From positions 6,944,001-7,008,000 of the forward strand of contig CM102284.1 of NCBI GenBank assembly GCA_046563655.1: a DNA stretch of 64,000 nucleotides. Direction: 5' to 3'. Origin of the DNA: Yuukianura sp. NJ FZ-2021 (Eukaryota). Numbering within the stretch: the stretch's first letter is position 1; each line of letters starts with the position of its first letter. The notes beneath the pieces were generated by a model, which was not told the origin of the DNA, did no database searches, and saw nothing but the letters and a program-made list of their open reading frames with translations. Both the position numbers and the translations under genes were made by a program. Shown piece by piece: positions 1 to 14,476 of this stretch.

Positions 1-1582
1 TTTTGGGACGCTGATGGAAAAAGTGGAGAAAGCTTTTGTTTTTAGTTTTTAGGTGGAACTGGATAGGTTGTTTTTCTTTTTGAAAAATTGAAAATTGTGC
101 TAATCCGCCTGGTTCTGACTTTCCCACTGCGCAATTTTAGATGTTGTAGAAAACATAACGGAGTGTGAGGTTTTTGAAGTTGAAACTAAAGTCGAGGCAC
201 GAGCTTTTGTTTGAATGGTGGTAGGTTGAATTTTTCTTGGTAAATTTTTAATAGTGCACACAAAGGGAGAATGAATGGGAATGGAGAAAGTTAAATTGCG
301 GCGCACTTAGAATAGAAAATGGAATCAATACTTTCTGGCGAGCTCTAAAATTAAAATGGAGATGATTTACAACGTTTTTTCTGTGGTGTGCATGTATAGA
401 AATTTTGAAAAGTTGAAGGTTATGTTCAGTTTAGCTTTTGTGCAGGGATGTGAGTTCAAGTTCATTGTCAAGTTGTAAGTAAAAAGCATCTGTCTATCAT
501 AGTTGTGCACACAATTGTGCCCAGAAGGTAGTAATAATTGTAATTTTAAATTGTGCAAATAGTATGCTCAGCAGAAGGTTTTAATTGCAACTTTTGTGCA
601 CATAACGTGAAATAACGTGTGACTGACTGTTAAGACAGATGCAGAAAAGTTAAGATTGAGAAGCTGTCTGTTTTGTTGTATTTTTTTAACCTGCACTATG
701 ATCTCCTTTTTACTTTAAGTGCGGATTAACGTAGCGGAAAGTGTGCATTTTTGATGGCTGTTTTCCTCCTTTTTTGACGGGCGGGCCATATTTTTGTGCC
801 AATTGTTTATGTCTGGAGCAGTTAAAAAGTTTTAATTGCTTGTTTTTTTAACAACTGGCGGAGCAGATATGAATTCGCACTGCTGTTTTGAGTTGTTTTT
901 GGTAAAAAGAGTTTTTATGGGATTAGACACACAAAGAACGAAAGTCTAGACGGAGATCATGTCAGTCAGTTTCAGTCGGCGGATTTATGTGAACAGGATG
1001 TGAAATTAAAAATAAAGTTGAGTTTTGATGTTTTAGCACTACTCCCTGAAGAAGTTTGCAAAACTAAGAAGTTAGGAGTTGAATCCTAGGTTATGTTTTG
1101 ACTTGTTCTTACCTTAGTCTGATATGGAAATGATCCTGGTCTTTGAACTTGGTAACAATGGACATGGGCTTGGTCACTAAATGATGGTGACAAGTGGACT
1201 AGCCTGTCATCAGTAATTTTTCAGTGCTAGAAATACTGATTCGTCTGGTCAATATTTTGACGTTGCTTTATCATGCACTTTTTTCCCACTCCTTCACTGT
1301 TCCTTCACCTCGGAAGAAAAAATTAGGGAGTGGAGGAGGCTAGTCTTGGTTTTAAAAAAGTGGATGGCCATTGTTTTTGAAAAGGCAACATTAACATTTT
1401 TAAACCCATATTGTCACTATCTAGCTAAACAAAATGTTGCCTCGGAGGAATAACAAGATTCAAAAGTACTAAAAAGTGGTTGAAAATTGAATATCGAACT
1501 TTTGAGTTTCGAATTTTTTAATACCAAGTTTGTAAAGTTTTGTATCTTGATTTGTAATTTGACTTTTTGTTTTAATTTGCAG

Positions 1583-4500
1583 ATGTATTGACTGCCACGG
1601 TTTATTCTCACCACAACGGTTCGTTTGTCACAGTCATCAAACGGAGTATAAAACGTGCCATTGGGGTTTTGACTCTTCAAAATGGCGCAACTACATCACG
1701 GTGGCCAAGAAACAGGATAAGGAGAAACTGGAGAAGGCTCTGGAGGACTTCAAAGCTCGCTTTGATCATCGAAAACGCAAGGTAATCAAAGTTATAAACA
1801 ATTAGTTGGAGAAAGTTATTGAAAAATGGAGGATATTAAGTTTTTTCTTAAGCTTAGCTTGGATGCTTAACAAGAGAAAGCAGGAGATGAAGATTATTTT
1901 TCAAAAGAGAAAATCTGAAATATGGGAAAAATTAAGTTGGTGGAAAGTTCGTAATTTTCTGGGGATTATTGTGACGAGGAAAGTTTACTGAAGCGTACTT
2001 TGTTTTTCAATTTTGATGATGAGAAAATAACGTGTGCTGAGCTACTTAATGAGAGCTACACAACTTTCTTTTGTTGCTAAAAATTTTCTGGGAATTACGA
2101 AAAGCGGAGATGCGAGGATGCGACGGAATAGAAAAGATTTTGTGAAGAGGGGAAATCTTTTGTTCAAAATTCGAGTCCTTGGAACTACTCTCCGTTTCAG
2201 CTTGTTTTTCTATTTTGTTGAAGTTGTAACTTTTTTGGAGTAATATTATTTCAGTTCCTGGAGGGAGAATGAGCGTTGTTTTCTGCTTTCTATTTTTTTC
2301 GGTTTTCGGAGAACTTTTATTTTGATGAAGGGCGTATCAAGATGTTGCTAGGGAAAGGCGGAGTGGTTCCCTGGATACGCCAGGACTTGAGAGGTATCTC
2401 GTTTTGTTGGATTTGAACCGTAAAGTACCATTGTCAGCACTGGAGAAAGGTAGGTTGAACGTAACCTAAGGTAGGTTAAAGCTAGCCTACGTTGAAGGGT
2501 AGGATAAAGGGCCCCCGGACCCTTTGAACTTTCGGTTGACAGATTCTGATTTTGGTGCTTCGAGAACGTTTCTATGGTTTCCGGTTCCAGAAATGCTGGT
2601 GACTGTGGTGCATACTGCCAGAAGAGCTTCTAGCGCTCCTTGAAGGAGTGCTAGACGCTGCTGCTTAGGTGCTGGTAGTTTCTCCGTAGGGAAATCGTTG
2701 AAGTGCTTCTTATGAAAGTTCTAGGCAGGAAATGTAAAGGTGTGCTTATGTAAGGTTTGTAGAGGGAAAGTTAGGGTTATTCTCATGGACATTTTTAGGG
2801 CAGAGGAAAAATTGGCTCATAATCTGGAAGAATTTAATAAGAAGTGGAGGAGACTTTCGTTGTTGATGACGAAGGCTAGAGAGTTTTACGCCTGAAAGAA
2901 CATGAGCACGGATAAGGACTTTCTCTTTGAGAACTTTCACTTTTTGTTCCTACTTTTTTTAGGGAGGATTTGAAGTAGTTAGGTCTCTGCGTGGACGTGG
3001 ATTCAAAAGATTGATGAGCTGAGGACCGTCTTTTAATTATTTTTAAGTAGAGAATTTTTTTTGAAGCTTCCACTGTCTTTTTTAAACTGGAAAAAGACTG
3101 GAGAAAGCAATTTTGGAGAAAGTTTTTAGTTCATTGAGTAGAAATTTTTAATATGAGTGAAGTTTTTTTTTTATCTCTGACATGTCATGCGCCAGTTTTG
3201 ATTGGTTTTCGGAGAAAGCAGGAAAAGGAAACGAATTGTAAATTTCCATTTGGAGAATTGCTTTTGAAAAGAAAATTGAATTTGACCATTCATGAAAATT
3301 GTTTTGGAAAAGGCAGTTTTTTGGTTAGTTTTACTTTTTTTTTCGTGAAGGTTTTTTCTAGAGTTCTGTCTAGTGTCTACCACCGGAAATTCGAGGCTTT
3401 CCACATGCTCCTTTTGCTATGTTATTTTCCTTACGACTAGGGAACTTCCGGAAGCCCTTTTGCTGCGTTATTTTTTTGAAATTACTTGTCTTGTTGTGTG
3501 CTTGTAGTAGTGTGGACGTGTAGAAGTTGATTTGATAAAAAGTTGTATGTTAGAGGCACATGAGAGAGATGAGAATTAGCTTAGGTTTAGACCTTAATCC
3601 CTTCAGTACATCTTGCTCTATGGTAGAAAAAGAAGCATGACTAGAATTCAAAATGGACTTGTTTACAGCTATGAATTTTCACCAGAGTGCGTAGTCTTAC
3701 ATACATGGCCCAATTTTTTCAACTGAATTTAATTTAACATTCTGCTCAAAGACTCAAATTGTTTCGGTTGAGTGAGGTTTTTGGGGTTTTTGAAAGGAAG
3801 TTGGGACTTAAGAAGGAGCCAAAATTTTGAACAGTTTACAAAGTGGAAATGCTTGTGATGGTGGGAATGAATGAGGGAAGAGGTTTTACAAAGTTTTGTT
3901 GATTTGTAGTTTGTTTTACTTGGAAAGTTTATATACGGCTTAACTAATTTATAACTTTTATAAATCGGGTTTAACAACTTTTTGATCTGAGAGTAAGAAG
4001 TCAGTGGTTGAAACACGACAAATTCAAATTTGTCAGAATTTTGCTTTTTGTGTCAATTTGAAAGTCGTGAAATTTTGTCAGAATTTGGTGCTTTCTCCCC
4101 CACAGTGACTCTGAAAAGAAAGAGAAAGTGGAAAATGAGAGTTGTCACTTTTCAAGTTTCATTGCTTTTCACTTGAATTGGTCGAATCCTGGGTGCTTAA
4201 ACCTCAAAACTTGAAAGCTCTAAACTGTCTAAAGCTTTTGCTAAGCGTTGGTACGATAGCACCATCGCTGGAATTAATTTCCTTGCTCTTGCTCGAGAGT
4301 TGATGGAAAAGTAATTTGAGAAAATCCTTGTAAATGATGAAAAGAGGAAGTAATCTTAAGGACACGGGATCTTAAATTGCGTTCCAAGAACATCTCTAGT
4401 ATAAACTGTAAAGTCAGCATGAACTATGAAACACTTTTCGTTTTAATTTGCAAAAGTAATTCTTAAAGTAATTTAACATGATGTAAACTTAACGTTTTAG

Positions 4501-7500
4501 TTAATTTTTCGTTGTGATTTCTTATTTTTTTGATTTACATGAAATTTTATTACGAAACTTGTTATGTGTTAACCTTGCTAAATTTGTAGGAAGAATACTA
4601 ACATTTGAAAAATCGAGGGTCACGAGTGTGACCTTTGTTGCTGAATGTGAATCAAGTTGCTTATAGTTTTAGTTTTAATAGTTTTTTTTAGTGTTTTGGT
4701 TTTGATTTGAAAGTTGCAGTTCTGGAAGAGGCTGGTTTGTAACGTTGTAAAGTGGATTTGGACAAGTTTAGTAGCTGGGGCAGAAGTTAGAGACATGTTG
4801 GCTGGAAATTGAGTTAAGTTGATGTGATGAGCATCTGGGAATTTTTAAAGTTGTTGAAATTGGCAAAATGTCTGCTACACATTTTTTTCTCTTCCTCTCC
4901 TGGCAAGTTGAAGAACCAGCAAAGTAAAGTAAAAGCATCTCTTGAGCAGATTTTTATTTCCTTGTTTTCAGTTTTTTTCTCACTCAAAAAAATGACTTCA
5001 TTTTTCTGCGTCTTTGGGTTTTGAAACGCAGTAGAGCATGGAGTAATAAAAACAGGATTTTTTTTAAACTCGAATTTTTTAGAGTACTAGTTGGATTCGC
5101 CTTGGTCTGACAGAACCGGATTGGTTGAAACTCTGTCTAAAGTCCTGTCATCGATGGTAGTGAAGGAAGGAATAAGCAGAGAGGCTCTGCTGAAGTCCAA
5201 AGTGGTTCAACTGGTTTCGATTAAAGTGGCTGACTGACCGTGCTTTCGCTTCAAGCGCTTTTACTTTTTCCAACAGAAACTGTTGCCTTCGTTTTTTTTT
5301 CCTGCTATTCTGCTCATATCGAAATGCATGAGGGAGAATGATTTATGGAAGTGAAGGCCGTGGCATCGTACGGATTTATTCTCAGCATGCTTTTTGGAAA
5401 TGGAGAGACGCAATCTCCGGGATCTTCATGGGCACCACTACCACCTTTGTACTTTAGGTCGGCGACCACTTCTGACATGGAGGATGTCGGTTTCGTGTAG
5501 TGGCCGCTGGCAAAATTCTGATTACCGGTATGTGGGATACTGGTTATGTCATGGATTTTGTCTTACGCAAGAGCCAAATTGTTCCGGTGTTGTTATAAAA
5601 CTGGTCCTGGAGGCACTGGAAAAATTTTGATTAGGGAAGTTCCGTTTTTCGGTCCGGAAATTTGAGGTAAAAAGCAAACTTATTAATTTCGAGAGTTTTG
5701 TTTTTTAAAATTTTTGGTGAGTGGCGTTAATGCTTTCAGTGTCGGTTTTATTTTTCTTGAATTAGCGTGGTTGTGTTGAGGCTCTTTTTTTCAGAATTTA
5801 GGTGAAGTAGAAAATTTGGGCGATTTTTATAGCATTTTGAAATGAAGTGAAAGAATTTTCTGTGTTTTTTGAAAGTTGCGGAGGCTTGAGTTGGATGTTG
5901 AGGTAGGGAATGGACAGGGAAAGTCTGTTTCATGAAAGTGAAAGTTTACTCCGCCACAAAAATCAATATGCGACTCTTCTATAGTGACTTGGAACTCGGA
6001 ATCTCGTGGATGCTCTGGAGATTACTTCCCTGCATGAGAGTGCAACCCCGGAGTTTTAAGATGACTGGGCATGCTGGAGCTAGTTGCTGGGCGACTTGTG
6101 ACAGAGAGTGCTGCTCGGTGACTTGTGACAGAGAGTGCAGGGTGACAGGAAGAGAAAAGCCTACTTTCTCAGGAGGTGTCATCTTCTTCATTTTGTTGCT
6201 CCTCAAAAGATCTTAAAAGCTTTTGGACCATTCAATTCACTGAAGTGTCTTAAGCTCTGGTTGCTTCGGTTACTCGAAAAAAAGAGAGAAGCGAAATGGA
6301 AACTATGGTGCCTTTAAGATTTTAATGGGACAGAAAATGAAACGAATGTCACTGGAGAGTGACTTTGGTAGAAATGGGCTTCTTTTGTTCTGTTTTGAAA
6401 GAGAGAAGCTGAGTGTTGTTGCTGGGTTTTCACTTTGGTAAAAAATAGTTGTTGTTCTGTGTTTAATTTTGAAATGAAAAGAGTTGGAGATGGAATTACA
6501 TAAAATTGTGTGTAAGGCATCTTGTTACGAACACTTTTAGGTTCTCTGGATTTCATTTTAGTCTTAACTGATTTCAAGAGCTGCAGGAAACTTGTGCGTT
6601 TTCCTTTCCAAATTCCGGAAGCTTTTATACTCGACTCAATAGTAAGGAGAAAGTGGAAAAAAGTTTATGATTTTGTTACGTCGGTCTGTCTGTCTGACAA
6701 AATGCGTGAAAGCGTAATGTTTTCTTTCGAAGGGAATTCCTTGTGCGTTTTATGCTACTTTTCTAGACCTGAAATTCTTCGTTCTGATTTTATGGAGCAG
6801 AAGAAACGACGGGCTTTAACTACGACTAGGCGGAAGTTTTGATGGTGGAAAAGTAGTAGCTGTAAGGTTGCAGAAGTTCAAGTTGTAGAATGTTTTTAGT
6901 ACTTTTCTGTTGATGAGATTTTGAGTTTATGTCAATTTTATGATTTAGGAATAGGGTTGTGCCCTTGGATTATTTTGATGGTTTGGGAGTTGTTCTACTT
7001 CCACTTACATTTAAACAGAGTAACTTTATGATTTAGGAGACTATTAGTTGGGAAGGACGAAGAAAAGAAAAATTTATGTTGGTGAGATATGATGAAAACC
7101 GGGAGAAATACATATTCGAAATGGATCATTGAAAAAATCTAAGGTTGTTATGTTAGGATGAATGGGGGAGGCAGAATAACTAAAAAGTTTGGATTGATTT
7201 CTGAATTTTGAGAAGGTGTTGAATAATTCAGTGGTTGACTACTGGCAAATCTAAAATTGAAATCAACTTCTCGTTTTTTAAAGCGTCTTCTGGTTCTTAT
7301 GACTTGGGACTTACTGCTGATGGCTGGAATAAGTTTTCCATTGTTATTTGTCATGTTACAGATGAGGTTTCTTAAGTTTATGGAGGTCACATTCACCGTA
7401 TAACTGTATAAAGTAGAAATGGTATCCCTTATACGACTTGGAAATTTGAAATTTGGAAGCTGTTTTTGAGATTGATGCTAAACGGGAAGGCTAGGAGCTT

Positions 7501-10500
7501 TTTTTTGTTTCAAAAAAATATTCGTGGGGCAGGAGATACGATACGGGCATTACTAAAAAATTTGTCGTCATGCTTCGTAAAATTTCATGTGTTTTGTTTT
7601 GGTTGGTTGGATCTGCAATTTTTTGGGGGAGACAAAGGAAAAATTTTTTGAAGGAGTGAGATGATGATGCGTGCGAATTTCTGCGTTGTGGAATTGCACA
7701 AGTACATTCAGAAGTTTATTCAAAAGTTTGATTCTTATCGTGATATTACGAGGCACAAGTCTGCGTTTTCCTTTTGAATTGCTCTGTTCTTGTTCTGGTT
7801 TTTGAAGATGAAAAGCTTATGTACTAAGTTTGGGAATTTGCGAGTCTTTTGCTTTTTCTTGGAACTGGATTGCGAAATCTTGTTGTTGACAACGCAGGAC
7901 GCACAAATCAAGCGTGTACGGAAGGAAGGGAAAATGGCAGATGCTTGGGTATGAGATCCATTGTGCCTTGAAACTTCATCTTCTTCCTTCTAGAAAAAGC
8001 TTGGATGGTTTTTTGGTATGCTGTTTTTGTGTAGTAGAAGATTTTGAAATATGGAGATTAGAATTTTTTGCAACCAGGGCGTGAAGAATCTTTTGTGATG
8101 AGAGACAGCTAGAAGTGAAGTTTGAATTTTTTGTTGCTGTTTTTTAGAATTTCGGATAGATTGCACATTCGGTTGTGTTTCCTTATGCGTAGCGATTGTG
8201 AACCAGGGCGTGTACCGGCTCCGAATCAGTGTTCCGGAGTACCGGGTTTTCGGTGTACTAGCTTTATTCCTACTTTGATTTAGGTACCGGTTTCGATATT
8301 ATTTGGGTGAGGTCATCAGGAAGCGTGTTGTTTTTCTGGGACGTGTTTTAGTACCTTGTTTTGTTACTGTACATTTAATTTGGGAATGAACACAGGTTGT
8401 AAAGCTACTAAAAAATTAAGAGGAATGTGATGATGACACACCGAAAGAGGAAAGAAGAAGCACGAGCAGGGCTTAAGGTTTCCCAGGATGCTACAGGGCT
8501 TGACCTTGGTTAGTCCGCCTAAAATTGAATGAGTATCATGCGTAGTTGATGGGCGAAAATGGTAGGTAGGTAGGTCGCTGCTGGCGGTGGTTCGACGTTA
8601 TTTATTTAATGGGCTCTTGGAGGTTGCCAATTTAATTCCAGGAAAAAGTAGGAGTCACTTTAGTACCTTTAACGTTCATATTTTCCTACAAAAGTGCGTT
8701 TTCCTTTTCTGTTTTCGTTTTTTGGGAGGAAAAGTCGGGGAAAATGGGTCTGACGAGTAGCTTTTGTTGGACGAGTAGGACCGAGTCAAAGGCGGCTTCG
8801 GCTTGTTTTTGCTTTTACTTTAGGTTTGTTCATAATTTAGTCAATTTGTTGGCTTTTGGGCAGGAAAACAGAAGGAAATGAGATGAACGTCTTTGATATG
8901 GTGAAAAGGATGGGAGAAAGTTGTGTTGGTTTTAAGATGGAGAAAGCGAGATGTCAATTAAGACATGACCTGGATCCTTTAACTTGAAAAGAAAACCACA
9001 AAGTGCCATGTGGAAGTTGTGACTTGAGAGACTTCGCTGACTGCTGCGGTTGAAGTGTCACATCCGGTTGACTCGGATACTTAATTTTTCAAGCGCCTTT
9101 GTCCTGAATTTTAAGCCAATGAGGCAGCGTCGCTTGGAATCGCTTGAAGCGAAAGAGGAGAAAGCTAGTGTTTTTTTAAGTTTTTGAATTGAAAGAGAAA
9201 GTTAATTCGTCTAGTGCTTTTGGGTTGATGAATAAGTGAGAAAAGGCGTAGGGAAGAGGATATTTCGACCAACGTTTTGACTATTCTGTGGTGACCAATG
9301 TCTTTTCGTTGAAATTTTATGAAGTTGGAATGTTGTTGTTGTCATTTGGGAAATTGCCTTGAGATGGCTATGGGACTGTTCAGAATATTGGAGTGAGGAC
9401 ACGGCTAGGTTAAACCGAAAGGAAACGACCGGCCTTTGCGTCACTGGCGGTGGCCATGTCCTTGTCCTTGGAGAATGGCAACAACTGCCAACGAGGAAGA
9501 CGACATTGATATTGGTAGACATAAAACGTTAGACACTTGGAACGTGTTTGTTGGTCGCGACGCAATGGCTGGAGTCGGTGTTGTTAGACGTTTAACAACA
9601 AGCGGCCGGTCAATAAGCGATGGGAATTGATTGGAGAGGTGTCTTATTTCCAGCGATTGCCGAGTAGCAGCGGTTTCTGCTTACCGGGGTATTATTGGTT
9701 TTTGGAACATTCTGAATAATGGATGACATTATGCAAGCTGATGATGGTTGAGACTGAGCGTGTGCCGATTATTGTAATTGAGCTGTTTGGAGGACAAGAA
9801 GTCAAAGCATAGATATCGATTCGTCCATGTCCGTGTTTTAGTTTGGAAATTTGAACGAAGTGTTGAAGTTTGGGCATGCAAAGTGTAGTTTAAAAAGAGA
9901 GAATTAGTAAATGATGTTTAGAAAAAGTAAATTTTTGTAAACGCCGATCGGAAAATTTATTTTTTCTGATTAATGATTCTTAATTTCAATTTTAGGTTGT
10001 GTTTACTAGCATTTGGCTGAGTGGAAGTCAAGTTTGTCAATAATTTCATGTCTCTGCTTTTTTGTCAAAATTAAAATTTCGAAAATTAAAGCACCGAAAT
10101 TCAGATTTTGATAATTGGGGAAGACTGGAGCTCAAGTTTTGGAAAGATCAAGACGGTGAGCGTCCTTGAAGCAGATCTCTTGCAAGGACGATTCTTTGTC
10201 ATTTCCATTTGTTCTCTGCTGGAAAAGAGAGCATGAATCGGTGACACGGAATAAGTTGACCTCATTTTTCAGTTTCAGTTTCCAATTAAAACGTGCTGTT
10301 TGGTGTGAATTGAATGTGCAAGGAGAGAGATGCTGTGATTGTGAGACTGAAAGTGCAGAAACTTAATTAAAGCCTGATAATGCAATTCCCAGAACACGAA
10401 GTTTTCGTAGCGGTTCCCTATTCTTCCCTTAGTATTTTTTTTAACTCTGAGAGCTTGTTAGTATATTTTGTACTTCCTGGATACAAGTAGAACATAATGG

Positions 10501-13500
10501 AGAATTTAAAAATGAGGAAACCAAGTAGGTAACTTGTTTTGCAAAAAATAAACTGCTCCTAATTATGGCCCTCCATTTACTGATGCAATTACTAGTGAAG
10601 AAGTTTAGGTTAGGTTTGATGGAACTGATGTTCTCGCCTAAAAGAGTTTGGATAAGAAATTACGACGTTTCACAAAAAGTTTGCAAGTTTTGACCTCGTT
10701 ACTGCGGGGTCATCCTGATATTTGGCACTAGTAGCATGACTTCAGACGCTGATTCATGACGGATGTTATGTACTTTTGGGGAAGACAGATTAGGCGTCTA
10801 ATGATCCTAACTTCTTGCAAAACTTTGGTTTCGCGTGGAACATGCAATTTTGTTGCGATTATTTGTCAATTTTGCTAATTGTTAGAGTTAATTTGTTGAA
10901 AAATGTTCAGTTTAGGGTAGTTTTCGGATTTTGATGGAAATTCAATTGTTAAAATTCGATGACGCTGGTTTCGTGAAGGTCAATTTGACGAGTCTGTGAT
11001 TCTGTGAAACATCAACAAAAGCAGTTTCTCACGACCCAAGCATGATTTGACGAACAAAGCCTCTCTTTCATCATGAAATTCTTGGGAGATTGTTTTCGTT
11101 AAGATATTTGTGCGTAGTAAGCTACTGTTGTCAATGTTAATACCCCTTGAAGGCTACAATATCAATTTAGAACTTTAAAATGAATGTCGCTGATTGGCTA
11201 ATTTAACTTTTGTTGTTCCTTTCAGGAGTCAAGTGAATCTGTCGAGGAATGGTGCGTCCCTGGGTCTGGCCAGTCACTTGGTGGGGCCGAAGACCGTGTC
11301 GTAATAAAGCGCGTTCGATACAGCACTGACTCATCAATTGGTAGCAGTTCTCCACCATCCCCGTCCCCATACTTGACATCACCAACATCACTATCCATTT
11401 TGCCAAGTAAGAAGAGACTCTCCTTCCTGACGCAGACCGACAATGAAGTACAACCACAACAACTTTATGGTAACTTCAAAAATATGGCTTTGATAAGTGC
11501 TGATTTGGGAACATTTAATTTATGAACTGTAACGTTGTTAAGTTGGACAGATTCCAGATTCCATCGTGCGAAAGTCCAGAAGTCAAGAGTGACAAGATGA
11601 CATTTCCCATGAACCCTAATTCTGTCGACATCCAAAAGATGCAGAACCTTGTTTGGGTTGTAAAATCAGGATTGCTGAATGAATGAATCTGCAGAGCATG
11701 AACTGGGATAAGAGTGCACTTATTCCTGTGACATGACCACCAAGATTTAGGATCGTAACTCGATTAATACTGTCTTGAGTGGGTGACGGACGACATGTTG
11801 AAGATATGTCAATGATCACCTTCCAGAAGGTCCTTTGACACATGCTAGTTGGCTCAAAGACATAGATTGGGGAGTCATTAGGTTTTCAGCGGAGGGTGTC
11901 ATCTTTCTCAACGATTACAACCTAATTTTCTTGTCACTTCTTTCTGTCACCAGTGCTCACTTTCTTAACGTTTGCACGCAGGGAATGGAAAAATACTGCA
12001 ATCCAGATCACAGAACCCGCATTAGTTCTTTCGGCGAGCAAGAAAATTCAAAATAGATGGTTGTTTCTAATGTGGTTACGAAATTGCTGAAAGATGCGGC
12101 GGCAATCCTTTCAATTGTGAAGTCAAAGGCTTTAAGTTCAGCGGCTTTAGTTCAAAGCTTTGACTCCCAGGATATTTTGTGCTGGAACTGAATTGAATTT
12201 GCAATTTGATTCAGAATGGGATTTGAAGATGATTGGAAATGATTGGCGTGTATTTGTGAGTAAATTTGAGGTTAGGAACTATTCATTTCCAAATTTTAAA
12301 TTGGGAGAATGAATTTTATCGAGTTTTAAAGAATAGAGGAAGAATAGACGCACAAATTGGGGAATACAGGGAATCAAGGGAGTTTCAATTGTGATCTTTC
12401 AAGTGAGAGAATTACAGGCTGTAGAAAATATTTTGATCTCGTCTTTGCCAAAATTGAGGTGACTCACCCGGGTACCCGAGATCTAGATTTCGGAGAAGAG
12501 ATTTCAGAATTCGGGTTTTGGGAGAACAAAATGGCTGGTATTTTATATGGATTGGGGAAGTAACTGGCGTAATTTGCGGGATTGTAAATTGTCAAGACAG
12601 GATTCTCAATGACAGATTCTGAGTCATTAACACTTTTAGAGTTTCACAAAGTGACATTTTTAGGACTGAGGGAAACCATCTAAGGTTTTGAAAGAAAAAA
12701 CGAAAATCTTCTGCCAAGATTCTGACTCAGAAAACGTAATAATTTCTAGGTTTATTTTTAGGGTTGAAACAACGGAACGGAAAGAGGGATCAGGATCAAT
12801 TCTCTGGCGAGTCTCTCTTTGCTGCACATAATTTCTTGGCTCTGTGTTTAAGTTAGACGTTTGTTCAGCATGAAAAGTTGGTTAGATGGTGTACTTTTCT
12901 TTAAATATTTAGAAAAAAGTTTGAAGAACTGAGCGTCGAGCAGTATCCGATGGAGCCAAGTATTCCGTCCTTGATGAGAAGTCATTGACTTGCCGGAGTT
13001 GGAAATGATGTTTTGCAAATGCATCTTGTTTACAGTTTTGAATTTTAATCACTGCTGAAGGGAGATGTCAAGTGTCAAAAGTCTTTTAATTTAATGGACT
13101 CCTTTTTTGCAAACTTTGCAGTTTTTGCATATACATAACTTATGAATGATTTAAGCTAAAACTTGAGATGTTGATTAGATTTTGGATTAACGGGGTGTGC
13201 TGGTTCTGGCACTCGCTGTTGGCCGGAACGATTTCCATTGAATTTAGGATTACTTTAGCTAGTGAGAGGAGCCAGACATTGCTGCATGAAGTTACTGCTG
13301 AGGTCAATGAATCCTTTGAGCAGCCAGTGTAAAATGCTGGCTCAGCGAAAAATTTGTTTTTGAAATCCTCTCCAACTTTTTTTTTACGTTTTCTGTTCTG
13401 CGCTGGAGTCGTGAAGCAGCTGGGCGAGGCTGACACCGAGGTGGCGAAAAAGTGATGAGTCTGTAAAAAATTGGAATAAAGATGCACTTTCTTGATATTT

Positions 13501-14476
13501 TTGGCAGGGGTGAGTCTGGTAAATGAATTTCTTGAACTAGGAAGCGTTTAGGAAGGAAAAGACGCTTTGGAAAGCAGAAAACGAACATGGCGCACGGTGC
13601 ATGTTTTGGCTGAAGGGTTGATGCTAATGGACTTTTTAGTCTCAATGACTTTGGAAATTTAGCAGTGGTTAGACTTTACGACATCACCGTAGGGCTTCCA
13701 ACATCCTGTCAGACAAGACACTTGACTCTGTTCCTAGCGTTGTTCTTTTTATGACAGACGAACCTAGATTTATAACTGAGCGGACTTTTGTAACAAGATA
13801 CGATGGGATCTGGTTCTTCAGCATTTTTTACTTTTACGATGCCAACAAAGTGTTAAAACATTTTTGTAAAAAGATGGTAGAGTATGATTGTGCTAACTAA
13901 AAGAGTTGTTTTCCCCTGAAATTTCAGGAGTGAACCAGTATGAGCTTGATACAGTCAAGAAAATTGTCTTTGGATCTATGGGAAGAGAGGGTGCGGACAT
14001 TGTGGCCGGATACCTTGAGAAATTGGCTTTAACTGTGTCAAGTCTTACGCAGATCTGCAAAAATCAAGAGAAGGTGCTTCGCGGACTCACGGAGAAGGTT
14101 AGTTACGTCAAAAAATTATGGAAAAGCTCTTGAATTGACAGTGGACATGTGATTTCTTGCGGTTTTTAGACGTTGTGCGAATAACGTTTTTCTTAGGACC
14201 AACTTTTAAGTAAGTGTAAAAAATGACAGGTTGATGTTAATAGACAGAAGTAAAATTGGATCCACTGTTGAACATAGAGACTTTTCAATTTTTTCTTTTA
14301 AATATTTATGCTTCCATTGGTAATAATTTTTCTGTTCTATTTTGGGATTGCAGTCGAATTCTGGCAGTGGCGGCGTTGAACTGCAAGTCAAGGTGAATTC
14401 AGTGGAGGCAGAAATTCACTCCATGAAGAAACACATCCTTCGCCGTCATGTTCACCACGGTGAAGAAATTGCCTGA
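1583..14476 (+). CDS. Snoo: Ski/SnoN-family SMAD co-repressor, 3' part (5' exons lie upstream of the window). Exons 1583-1781, 11226-11406, 13928-14097, 14354-14476
   Basis: Exon 1583-1781 (ttgcag|...|gtaat) reads CIDCHGLFSPQRFVCHSHQTEYKTCHWGFDSSKWRNYITV...LEDFKARFDHRKRK, matching the Ski/Sno SMAD4-binding SAND-like motif (C..C...F..HSH....TCHWGFDS..WR.Y). The three downstream exons join with compatible splice phases to a TGA at 14474-14476, but they lack recognisable motifs and are less certain. Confidence 0.85.
14162..14282. repeat. Dispersed repeat fragment in the last Ski/Sno intron; second copy at 62544-62664
   Basis: Near-identical ~120 bp, e.g. taagtgtaaaaaatgacaggttgatgttaatagacagaagtaaaatt at both sites. 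Confidence 0.85.

Noticed and set aside
1588-1785. ORF-track 65-aa peptide MTATVYSHH...
   Set aside because: Wrong frame; the overlapping frame encodes the Ski/Sno domain.
6085-6145. Short tandem duplication gacttgtgacagagagtgc and overlapping ORFs in the Ski/Sno intron
   Set aside because: Two-copy local duplication with no splice-compatible exon or domain evidence.
10720-10740. TTTGGCACTAG, resembling the 5' end of miR-96
   Set aside because: Only 11 nt match and it does not lie in the stem of a pre-miRNA-like hairpin.
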